From: Dehalococcoidia bacterium
Lineage (GTDB): Bacteria; Chloroflexota; Dehalococcoidia; Lucifugimonadales; UBA3495
Direction of reading: 5' to 3'
Assembly: GCA_034420695.1 (NCBI GenBank)
Contig: DAOULB010000002.1
Location: 151,644 to 215,643 of the forward strand
Length of the DNA: 64,000 bases
The notes below the pieces were generated by a model. That model did no database searches and had not been told where the DNA came from. It saw only the letters and a list, made by a program, of their open reading frames with translations. Below, piece after piece: positions 17,871 to 25,916 of the stretch. Within the stretch, counting starts at the first letter, position 1, and each line of letters begins with the position of its first letter. A program made the translations under genes and the position numbers.

Positions 17871-18137
17871 CTACCCTCTTTGCAGAATCAGCAACATGAT
17901 CATTACGACAAGACCCGCTGCCACGCCCCCGTTGATGACCACCATTGCCAGTATCAGCCCGTCTATCCGCCCATTCACGCGGTCAAACCCTGCAGTCATC
18001 TCGCCCCGCACCTGCTGGAACCCGGTGGCCATTTCGCCCCGCACCAGGTCAACCCGTCGGTTCACCTGGTCTATCCGCCCTTCCACGTTGCCCAGGGTCC
18101 GGTCGTCCAGGGTCCTGTCTCCCGTATCTCGCGTCAT
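17871..18137 (-). CDS. Tail-anchored coiled-coil protein (88 aa), short paralog of 17288..17791
   Basis: It has the same N-terminus (MTRDTGDRTLDDRTLGNVEGRIDQVN), one copy of the GEMATGFQQVRGEMTAGFDRVNGRID unit, and a C-terminal TM helix. Confidence 0.7.
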   Translation of the reverse strand: MTRDTGDRTLDDRTLGNVEGRIDQVNRRVDLVRGEMATGFQQVRGEMTAGFDRVNGRIDGLILAMVVINGGVAAGLVVMIMLLILQRG

Positions 18138-18330
18138 GCGGCCCCTCGCTCCGGTCGCTCCACGGTCATCCAGGAAGGGTCATTCCGCCGCCCGTTAAGC
18201 GGTCATGCCGTCCGCCAAAGCGATTATACCGCGAAGGACGCGTCCCGCAGGGCGCGCCCCCCTGTCCCCGCCCGCCCCCTCTGTGGCAATATATCGCCCG
18301 TGCGCCATAATATATGGTGCCGACACCCAT

Positions 18331-18366
18331 CCCGTAGGCGCGGCCCTGGTGGCCGCCCGCCGCGCC
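18331..18366. repeat. REP-like GC-rich hairpin element, copy A, upstream of the DinB-family gene
   Basis: The sequence is CCCGTAGGCGCGGCCCTGGTGGCCGCCCGCCGCGCC. The GCGGCC/GGCCGC stem has a 5-nt loop. It is about 30/36 identical to copy B and in the same orientation. Confidence 0.6.
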
Positions 18367-18397
18367 AACGCCAACCCATCCCGCCCGGAGGCCCAAC

Positions 18398-18904
18398 ATG
18401 GACCTGAACCTCTTCATCCAAGACGCCCTCGCCAAGGAACAGGAACTCCTCGACGATGCCCTCGACGGCCTCACCCCCGCCGACCTCGCCTGGCGTCCCG
18501 GCCCCGAAGCCAACCCCATCGGCTGGATCCTCTGGCACATGCTCCGCGTCGAAGACATGTGGTTCCAGTTCTTCATCCAGCGCCAAAACGAAATCTGGGA
18601 GCGCGACGGCTGGAACCAGAAGTTCGGCCTGCCCGCCCGCGACAACGGCTTCGGCCACACCCCCGACCAAGTCGCCGAATTCCCCCTCCTCGACCTCGCC
18701 GAACTCCGCCGCTACGGCCAAGCCGTCCGCCAAGCCACCCTCGACTACCTCGACACCCTGGCTCCCGAAGACTACGACGCCGTCCCCCGGGAACAGCGCC
18801 CCGAAATGTCCGTCGCCGCCGTCTTCCGCCAGATAATCGGCGAACTCTACCAGCACCAAGGCCACATCGCCTACCTCAAGGGCCTCGCCCGCTCCCAACC
18901 CTGA
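18398..18904 (+). CDS. DinB-family (DinB_2/YfiT-like four-helix-bundle) protein
   Basis: ...LDGLTPADLAWRPGPEANPIGWILWHMLRVED...GELYQHQGHIAYLKG shows the typical His-containing helices of the DinB superfamily. Confidence 0.75.
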   Translation: MDLNLFIQDALAKEQELLDDALDGLTPADLAWRPGPEANPIGWILWHMLRVEDMWFQFFIQRQNEIWERDGWNQKFGLPARDNGFGHTPDQVAEFPLLDLAELRRYGQAVRQATLDYLDTLAPEDYDAVPREQRPEMSVAAVFRQIIGELYQHQGHIAYLKGLARSQP

Positions 18905-18930
18905 CCCCCAACCCCCGCCAACCGGCCATA

Positions 18931-18966
18931 CCGTAGGGGCGACCCTTGTGGTCGCCCGCCGCCCGC
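18931..18966. repeat. REP-like GC-rich hairpin element, copy B, downstream of the DinB-family gene
   Basis: The sequence is CCGTAGGGGCGACCCTTGTGGTCGCCCGCCGCCCG. GGGCGACC (18937-44) pairs with GGTCGCCC (18950-57) as 8 perfect bp around a CTTGT loop. Confidence 0.65.
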
Positions 18967-19185
18967 GGTCGCCCACCCGCGGCCCCCGCCCCCCGGGCTA
19001 CTGACACTTCCCGCTGGCCTCCTCCCCCGTCCCTCCCTTATCATGGTTGTAGCCGTCTCGCCCTGCATCGCTCACCCCCGAAAAGGGCAACCCCAAAAGA
19101 CCAACCCCAAAAGGGCAGCCAAACGCCAGTCAAAAATGCCAAGAAGACCAGCCGGAAAGAACCCCCAACAACCCCGCTCCGCCCC

Positions 19186-19335
19186 AAAATGTCCCTTTTT
19201 GTCCCACATGTCCGTTTTTGTCCCGATTTTCCCGAATTTCAAAGCTGCCAGCTAGGACAAACCGGGACAAAATTGGACAAACCGGCCCAAAACAACGACA
19301 AACTCGGCCAAAACCAAGACAGACCGGGTCAAAAC
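19186..19335. repeat. Array of about 10-11-bp-phased short motifs in inverted orientation: TTTGTCC(C) on the left arm and GGACAAA-like on the right arm
   Basis: Left-arm GTCC(C/G) cores lie at about 19191, 19201, 19210, 19220 and 19231. Right-arm G(G)ACAAA-like cores lie at about 19254, 19265, 19275, 19296, 19317 and 19327. TTTTGTCCCG (19217-26) is the exact reverse complement of CGGGACAAAA (19263-72). Confidence 0.6.
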
Positions 19336-19383
19336 TGGCAACACCGGGACCCGGTAACCCGCGTCCCTCCGCCGCCCTCCCGC

Positions 19384-19421
19384 GTGACCAACGAGCGTGA
19401 CCAACGAGCGTGACCAACGAG
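19384..19421. repeat. Tandem 13-mer repeat (GTGACCAACGAGC, 3 copies)
   Basis: Read directly from the sequence. Confidence 0.9.
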
Positions 19422-19671
19422 ATCGCCGCCCCGCGCCCCCTCCCCCCATGCGCCCTCCCCCAAACACACCCCCTCCACCGCCCCCCGGCGGCCCGCGCCG
19501 GTAATAGTCCGGTAATTCTAGGCAACCTCTTAACAACCCCCGTCATAACATCCAGGGTTGCTGGTCCCCATCATCCCGCAGGGGCGGCTTTCAAACCCGC
19601 CCTGCCCTGGGCCGTCAATTCCGGAAAGGGCCTGGGCAAACAACCCCGCACTCCCTTCTCCCTCGCCCGAA

Positions 19672-19738
19672 GGATGGAAGGATGGAAGGATGGAAGGATG
19701 GCAGAATGGAAGGATGGCAGAAGGTCAGGATGAAGGTG
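19672..19738. repeat. Tandem repeat of GGATGGAA (3 copies) followed by GGATGGCAGAA(TGGAA) variants
   Basis: Read directly from the sequence. The ORFs crossing it translate to MEGWKDGRMEGW low-complexity peptides. Confidence 0.9.
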
Positions 19739-19857
19739 GCCATGCCCGCCCCCCTCGTCAACCGGCGCCCAAGTCATGGCCCTTGTACATGGCAAAACCC
19801 CAAGGAGTATAATCAGTGCGGGCCATTCACCCGGACCTTGGCACCGGACCCCGGCGC

Positions 19858-19913
19858 CAGTCCCGGTAAACCAGTCCCGGTGAACCAGTCCCGGTAGACC
19901 AGTCCCGGCAAAC
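19858..19913. repeat. Tandem 14-mer repeat (CCAGTCCCGGTNAA, 4 copies)
   Basis: Read directly: ccagtcccggtaaa ccagtcccggtgaa ccagtcccggtaga ccagtcccggcaaa. Confidence 0.9.
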
Positions 19914-19974
19914 GAAACAAGGAGGGCGGCGGTTGGGAATAGCTCAAATTGACCTAACCCGTGGTGCAAAGACG

Positions 19975-20003
19975 TTGACACAAATACCCTCTGATGTTAG
20001 ATT
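19975..20003 (+). promoter_or_regulatory. Sigma70-type promoter with an extended -10 for the giant cadherin-repeat gene
   Basis: TTGACA (19975-80), a 17-nt spacer ending in TGt, then TAGATT (19998-20003). It lies about 68 nt upstream of the ATG at 20071. Confidence 0.6.
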
Positions 20004-20070
20004 TTCAGGCATTGTGCGACTCTAGGATTGGGAGAGCCGCGCTAGCAAGAACGCCGAAGTGAGGAATTAC

Positions 20071-23000
20071 ATGTTGAAACGGTATCCAATAGCGCTAAAT
20101 ACCTGGGTGGCAGTGGCCGTCGGCGCCTTCGTGTTGGCGCTTTCGGCCTTTTTAGTGCTGTCCCACAATTCTCCCGATTCTGTTTCCGCGCAGGCCACAC
20201 CGGCCCCGGGGCTCATACAATACGCCGAGAACGGCGAGGGCCCGGTGCGCGTCTTCACCTCCGAAGACCCCGAGGGCGCCGGTGTCCATTGGGACGTTAC
20301 CGGCACCGACGCCGACGACTTCTCCATCTCCGGTGGCGTGTTGACCTTTAACAAGCCGCCCAACTTCGAGAGTCCGACCGACAGGCCTCACGGCATTCTC
20401 GATTTCAATGGCGATACCGACACCGCCGACCCCGGCGAGTCTGCTGCCACGACCGAGGCCGACCGGATGTACCAGATAACCATCCGCGCCAGCGAAATGC
20501 GGTCCGGCTCTGGTGGATTGGCCCTTTCCACCGAGGCCCACTTCACCGTAGAAGTCACCGATGTGAACGAGCCCGGCGTCGTGACCATTGACCGGATACA
20601 ACCCGAGGTCGGCACCACGCTCACCGCCTCGGTAAGTGACCCCGACGGTACCACCGGTACAACCGACACCCCTACTACTGTGGCTTGGCAGTGGTACTAC
20701 TCCTCGGTCACCAACCCGGTGGCCAGCTCCGAACGCCATTGGCGCGCCATCAGCGGCGCCACTGACCCTGCCTACATCCCGTCAGGTGACAGAGTGGGGG
20801 ATGCTACAGACAGCACGCCGGATACTGCGGGTAAATATCTGCGGGCCGTTGCCACCTATACCGATTCCCTTGGCACTGAGAGGACTACCCCGGGAGTTAC
20901 CGATAACCCCGTCCGGCCCGAGGTTGCCTCGACCTCCGACACTGGGGTTTCCAACCCCGCCAACGGTTCCCCCGGCTTTACCCAGGGGGTGGACTACAGC
21001 AGGACCGTGTCTGAAAGCCTCGGCAGGGGGATGAATGTGGGCGCCCCGGTGGTAGCCACCGACCCCCAAAACGACGTGCTGACCTACTTCCTGGATGACG
21101 ACGACGACGCCACCAACGGATTGGGTACGACCGGCGACGTGGGGCTCTTCTCCATAAACAAGGCCACCGGCCAGCTCATGGTGGCAAAGTCCCTTGACTA
21201 CGACAACAACGCCGACCGGAGGTACCGGTTCTACGTCCGGGCTTATGACCCCAGCGGCGAGGACGCCCAGGTGCAGGTGACCGTCAACGTTACCGACGCC
21301 AACGACGCCCCGGAGATAAAGGGGAACAAGCCATCGACTGCGGGGCCTACTGATCCCACACCCGACGCGCCGTCGGAACTGCGGGTCAATGAGCAGGACA
21401 GCGACAAGGGCGCGGACCCCTACGACGGTGCACCCGGCATGCCAATTGGATACGAACTGGGCAGTACGACTATTAACAGTCCGAACGTCTTCACCGCTCC
21501 TGACGAGGATGACCGCGGTCAGATTACCTGGACCTTGGAGGGAGATGATAAGGACCAGTTTGTTCTTACCCAGGCCAACCTTTCCGGTTCCGATGAGCCG
21601 GTGGCTGTCGTTTTCCAGAGTCCCCCCGATTACGAAAATCCCACCGACGCCAACGGCGACAGCGTTTACAAGGTGACCCTCGTCGCCACCGACAGCACCA
21701 GCCTGCCCGGCAGTTCCGCGCTGCGGGACGAGCGGCCCCTGACCGTGTTCGTGGACAACGTTCACGAACTGGGTAAGGTGACGATGAAGGCCGGCGGGGC
21801 CAACGAGGACCAGCCCCACATAGGAGAAGCGGTAACCGCCGAGGTAACCGATCCTGATGGCGGAGTGGCCGTGGTCACCTGGCAATGGTCCAGGGCCGGA
21901 TACGTCGAATCCGGGACCCAGGTTGCTGACACCGACGCAACGACTTACGAAGTCATACCAGGCGCAACCTCCAGCAGCTATACGCCGAGGACTCTCAGGA
22001 ATTCCAGGGGCGTCATAACGTATGACGACGACGGCGCTACACTGCGGGTTACGGCCACCTACATTGACGTGACCAGCGATGTGGACGATCCAGACTCGGC
22101 TACTGTGGACGAGCGTGTGCAGGGCACCGGGCCGGTAGCCAAGGTCGCCGATACCGGCGACGGTTCGGCTGCCGGAGCCACCAGACTGTACCGGGTGATG
22201 GCCACCTCGGAGAACGCCGTGCGGGTCGCCCCCGGCGATCCCAGTGCCACTGACGACCCGGTGTTCGAAATGGCCTCCTACGACAGGACCGTCGCCGAGA
22301 ACGCTGAGACCAATACCCTCGTGGGAGAGCCGGTCACGGTGAACCCGGAAAGAAACGTCACCTTCAACTACAACCTGGACGCCACCGTGACCAACGCCAA
22401 CGCCTACTTCACCATCGACAATCATGGGCAGATTAGGGTGGGCGAGGTCCCCTTCCCCGACCCGCTGCCCGCCGGCGTTGAGGCCATCCCGACCGGTGCC
22501 GACCCCGCCGATGGCCCCGTTATGGATGACCCGACGCTGGACTACGAGGGCACCAGCAACACCTTCTCCCTCATAGTCACCGCCACCGACGCCAGTGACA
22601 GCAGCCGCACCGCCACCGCCGGGGTGACCGTCACCCTCGACGACCTGAATGAAAGGCCCTATTTCGACATGGTGTCTAGGGCCGCTGGCGGTACCGCGAC
22701 CGACCCGCTAACCTACATCGAGACCCGGACCAACGCCGTGGTGGAATTGGAGGCGGTGGAGCCCGACGGTGATACCCTTCGCTGGGAGACCGCCGGCGCT
22801 GACGGCCCGGACTTCGAGGTTCGCCAGTTGTCCGACATCCCCGGCTCCGGCAAGGACCGGGTCGCCCTCTACTTCAAGTCCCAGCCGGACTTCGAGAACG
22901 GGAAAGGCTCCGGCGATTTTGATGATGATGGCACATCATCGCCAATCGAGTACGAGGTAACGGTGCGCGCCATCGAAACCACCGCCGTGGGCGGGGGTCC

Positions 23001-25809
23001 CAACCTCGCCGCCGAGCTGATGGTTTTCGTTACCGTGCAGAACGGTGACGAAGACGGTACGGTGGATATTTCCCTGCTCCAGCCCGAGGTGGGTACCGGG
23101 CTCACCGCCTCGGTAAGCGACCCGGACGGCGGCGTCACGGGCGCGACCTGGACATGGTACAGGTCCAAAACAGTCAACCCCGTCCAGGATGAGACGGACA
23201 CTACCGATTCCACTTTCGTAGCCTCTTGGGAGGCGATTACGGGGGCACCTACTGACGGGACCTATACGCCTGCCGTCGATGACGTAGGCAGGTACCTGCT
23301 GGCCAGGGTAGCCTACGGGGATACTCAGGATACTACCGCCGACGCTAAGGCAGCAGTGGCAAGAACGGGCGAAAGAGCGCGGGCGGATGTGGCGGACGAT
23401 GCCAACAACTCCCCCGACTTCAGGAATGCCGAAACCACTAGGACCATACCGGAAAATGCCGCTGTGGGAACTAACGTGGGCCGTCCGGTGATTGTAGATG
23501 TCAATGAGGACAATGACGTTCTGACCTACGTGTTGGACAACGACGCCATCGTCACCGGCGATGTGGACACGACCGGCGACGTGGGATTCTTCTCCATCAA
23601 CAAGAGGACCGGGCAGATCACGGTGGCCAAGAAGCTGGACTTCGACCAGAAGCCGGAGCACCCGGAGCCCGCCGACGGCAAGTATGTGTTCTGGGTCAGG
23701 GCCTGGGACTCCTCCGGGGAATCCACCGGCGACGAGAATAACGACCACATTGAGGTTACGGTCACCGCCACCGACGTCAACGATGCCCCGAAAATCACGG
23801 GAGGAGCTGCGGAAATCTCCATTAACGAGGTGGACAGCAGTAAGAAGAGCAGCGACGTTACCCGGTTTGTGGGGCTTGGCAAACGGTTGAACACCGCCGG
23901 CGATGCGCAGGAGGATGACCCTGATAACCCCAACCTCTACCGCCGGACCGATGAGGATCGCGTCGATAGCGGCAGGTGGCCCGACCAACCCATCGGGGGG
24001 CCGGACGGCAGCCTCTTTGAGTACAGCGTCCCGACCGGCGAGGCCGACATCGGGCGTAGGCTCCACTTCAAGAGGACCAACCTGCCCGACTACGAGAACC
24101 CCATGGACTCCAACCGGGACAACGTTTACGAGGTGACTGTAAGGGTCTTGGACAATGACGGCGCAGCCGGCACCAAGAACGTCCGCATCACCGTGATGAA
24201 CGTGGACGAGGCCGGCAAGCTGGTGTTGACCCCCGAGCAGCCCGACGCTGGGATGCCCGTGGTGGCGACGCTGACCGACCCCGACGGCGTAACCAGCATC
24301 ACCAACTGGCGCTGGGCCATCGCCGACGGCACCGTGGCTGATTTCGCCGCCGCAGTTGCCCTCGACGACACTATCGACGATGACGGCTTGGGCGAAGTCG
24401 CTGGCGCGACCATGTCCCAGTACATGGCCGACGAAGGCAAGTTCGTGTGGGCTGAGGTGGACTACCGGGACGGAGCCAGTGCGGTGAACCACCCGGTTAC
24501 CGCCTTGGACGAAAGGAACGACGATCCAGATACGGATCCAACCCCCATCGAAACGGCCTTCGATTCCGACGAGACCCTGGAGAAGGTGACCGACAACGCC
24601 GTGGAGCCGGACCCTGACACTACGACCGGCCCGGACGCGCCCTCCGCGGACATCATCGAGGTCGAGAGGATGGTTTACGAGAACGTCCCATCCACCGGCT
24701 ACGTGGGTATCCCGCTTGACCCCAATGCGCACATAGACTATCGGGCCAACGGCGGCACGGCGTCGCGGGACACCATAGCCGGCCCCGACGCGGCTACCTT
24801 CGTCTTCGCCGAGGAGCAAGACGATTCGGGCGACACCTTCTACGACACGACTCTGGCGCCCACGGACGACGATCTTACGGACAAGAAGGGCCAGCTTGCG
24901 GCGGCGGTGGTAACCCACTTCGACCGTGAGACCAAGCCCCAGTACATCATCGAGGTCAGGGACCCCGACGCCCAGGTTACCGTCGGCGCAGTGCGGGTCA
25001 CCATCAACGTGATGGACGTGAACGAAGCCCCGTCCGCGCCGGAGCAACTCCGGGCCGCCCTCACCGTGACCGGCACCCAGAGGTTCGAAATCGGCGAGGT
25101 AATCGACCCCGCCGGCGCAATGCCCGAGGTGGGTACCTTTAACACCCTGGGAGCCGACGCCGCCAGTTCCACTTGGACCCTGGCCGGCGCCGACATGGAC
25201 GACTTCACCATCACCCCGGGCCCGGGCAGCATGGCGACGGTAACCTTCGCCGCCCTCCCGGACTTCGAGAACGAGGCCGACGCCGACACGGACAACGTCT
25301 ACAACATAACGGTGACCGCCAACGACGGCTCCAACACCGCTACCCGTGACGTGACCGTAACCGTCACCAACATGAAAGAGGAAGGCACCGTCTCCCTGGA
25401 CATGGCTACCCCCAGGGTAGGTGAGGCTGTGACCGCGGAGGTCAGCGACCCCGACATGGTCGACATGGCCACCGTGACCTGGCAGTGGGCTGTTGAAGAC
25501 GCCGCCAACGGCGGGGACTACATGGACATCGCCGGAGCCACCACCGCCAGCTACACCCCGGTTGCCGACGACGTTGGCAAGAAAGTCAGGGCCACCGCCA
25601 GCTACACCGACGGCTTCGGTGCCGACGAGGCGGTGAAAGCTTCCACTAACCCGGTGGCGGCCGGAGGAATACCGGGCGACACCGACGGAGATGACTCCAT
25701 CAGCACCACGGAAATGTTGGCGGCCATAGGGCTGTACTTCCAAGACCCGCCGGGGCTCACTCTGATGGAAATGCTGGAAATCATAGGTGCCTACTTTAGC
25801 GGAAGCTAG
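20071..25809 (+). CDS. Giant secreted/surface protein (about 1,912 aa) with many cadherin-like repeats and a C-terminal dockerin/EF-hand-like module
   Basis: It has an N-terminal signal/anchor (MLKRYPIALNTWVAVAVGAFVLALSAFLVL...AQA). Repeated ...V.V.DVNE.P / VTDANDAPEI / ATDVNDAPKI / VMDVNEAPSAP motifs are cadherin DxNDxP-like. It also has recurring L(T)A.VSDPDG......W.W....Y.P...DVG..LRA.A.Y.D modules. The C-terminus is GDTDGDDSISTTEMLAAIGLYFQ...LMEMLEIIGAYF. The ATG at 20071 follows GAGGAA; the ORF track begins at the GTG at 20059. Confidence 0.85.
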   Translation: MLKRYPIALNTWVAVAVGAFVLALSAFLVLSHNSPDSVSAQATPAPGLIQYAENGEGPVRVFTSEDPEGAGVHWDVTGTDADDFSISGGVLTFNKPPNFESPTDRPHGILDFNGDTDTADPGESAATTEADRMYQITIRASEMRSGSGGLALSTEAHFTVEVTDVNEPGVVTIDRIQPEVGTTLTASVSDPDGTTGTTDTPTTVAWQWYYSSVTNPVASSERHWRAISGATDPAYIPSGDRVGDATDSTPDTAGKYLRAVATYTDSLGTERTTPGVTDNPVRPEVASTSDTGVSNPANGSPGFTQGVDYSRTVSESLGRGMNVGAPVVATDPQNDVLTYFLDDDDDATNGLGTTGDVGLFSINKATGQLMVAKSLDYDNNADRRYRFYVRAYDPSGEDAQVQVTVNVTDANDAPEIKGNKPSTAGPTDPTPDAPSELRVNEQDSDKGADPYDGAPGMPIGYELGSTTINSPNVFTAPDEDDRGQITWTLEGDDKDQFVLTQANLSGSDEPVAVVFQSPPDYENPTDANGDSVYKVTLVATDSTSLPGSSALRDERPLTVFVDNVHELGKVTMKAGGANEDQPHIGEAVTAEVTDPDGGVAVVTWQWSRAGYVESGTQVADTDATTYEVIPGATSSSYTPRTLRNSRGVITYDDDGATLRVTATYIDVTSDVDDPDSATVDERVQGTGPVAKVADTGDGSAAGATRLYRVMATSENAVRVAPGDPSATDDPVFEMASYDRTVAENAETNTLVGEPVTVNPERNVTFNYNLDATVTNANAYFTIDNHGQIRVGEVPFPDPLPAGVEAIPTGADPADGPVMDDPTLDYEGTSNTFSLIVTATDASDSSRTATAGVTVTLDDLNERPYFDMVSRAAGGTATDPLTYIETRTNAVVELEAVEPDGDTLRWETAGADGPDFEVRQLSDIPGSGKDRVALYFKSQPDFENGKGSGDFDDDGTSSPIEYEVTVRAIETTAVGGGPNLAAELMVFVTVQNGDEDGTVDISLLQPEVGTGLTASVSDPDGGVTGATWTWYRSKTVNPVQDETDTTDSTFVASWEAITGAPTDGTYTPAVDDVGRYLLARVAYGDTQDTTADAKAAVARTGERARADVADDANNSPDFRNAETTRTIPENAAVGTNVGRPVIVDVNEDNDVLTYVLDNDAIVTGDVDTTGDVGFFSINKRTGQITVAKKLDFDQKPEHPEPADGKYVFWVRAWDSSGESTGDENNDHIEVTVTATDVNDAPKITGGAAEISINEVDSSKKSSDVTRFVGLGKRLNTAGDAQEDDPDNPNLYRRTDEDRVDSGRWPDQPIGGPDGSLFEYSVPTGEADIGRRLHFKRTNLPDYENPMDSNRDNVYEVTVRVLDNDGAAGTKNVRITVMNVDEAGKLVLTPEQPDAGMPVVATLTDPDGVTSITNWRWAIADGTVADFAAAVALDDTIDDDGLGEVAGATMSQYMADEGKFVWAEVDYRDGASAVNHPVTALDERNDDPDTDPTPIETAFDSDETLEKVTDNAVEPDPDTTTGPDAPSADIIEVERMVYENVPSTGYVGIPLDPNAHIDYRANGGTASRDTIAGPDAATFVFAEEQDDSGDTFYDTTLAPTDDDLTDKKGQLAAAVVTHFDRETKPQYIIEVRDPDAQVTVGAVRVTINVMDVNEAPSAPEQLRAALTVTGTQRFEIGEVIDPAGAMPEVGTFNTLGADAASSTWTLAGADMDDFTITPGPGSMATVTFAALPDFENEADADTDNVYNITVTANDGSNTATRDVTVTVTNMKEEGTVSLDMATPRVGEAVTAEVSDPDMVDMATVTWQWAVEDAANGGDYMDIAGATTASYTPVADDVGKKVRATASYTDGFGADEAVKASTNPVAAGGIPGDTDGDDSISTTEMLAAIGLYFQDPPGLTLMEMLEIIGAYFSGS

Positions 25810-25852
25810 GGTAGCACTCGTTCCCGGCGGGAACCCGGGATAGACAAGACAA

Positions 25853-25900
25853 GGTCCCGCTTGCTCTAGGGGCAAAGCCCCAGTGAATGCAAGCGGGACC
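25853..25900 (+). other. Perfect 12-bp inverted repeat (with a nested GGGGC-AAA-GCCCC hairpin in the loop) between the cadherin gene and the next gene
   Basis: GGTCCCGCTTGC (25853-64) pairs with GCAAGCGGGACC (25889-900). A smaller hairpin, GTTCCC-GGC-GGGAAC, lies at 25820-34. The structure sequesters the ATG at 25887. Confidence 0.6.
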
Positions 25901-25916
25901 AAGAAGGAGAATAAGA

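Noticed and set aside
18205-18976. A 243-aa (+) ORF and a 250-aa (-) ORF overlapping the DinB-family gene
   Set aside because: Their Pro/Arg-rich or Gly/Val-rich low complexity gives no motif, whereas the 168-aa DinB frame has recognisable conserved helices.
6417-19913. The short tandem repeats at 6417, 14935, 19384, 19672 and 19858 considered as possible CRISPR arrays
   Set aside because: The units are 8-15 nt and directly abutting with no unique spacers, and no cas genes are present. They are micro/minisatellites, not CRISPR.
18946-19981. Several 60-155-aa ORFs across the 1.15-kb repeat-rich spacer (e.g. 18946..19413, 19410..19733, 19558..19812, 19571..19981)
   Set aside because: Their translations are dominated by the tandem DNA repeats (MEGWKDGRMEGW...) or by Pro/Arg-rich strings. 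There is no RBS and they overlap each other. I treat the region as non-coding.
25887-25889. The ATG at 25887 as the start of the 589-aa surface protein (ORF-track start)
   Set aside because: It lies within the 12-bp stem at 25889-25900 and has no RBS, and it would add a highly basic MQAGPRRRIR extension. The TTG at 25917, 7 nt after AAGGAG, gives a standard signal peptide. This remains unproven.
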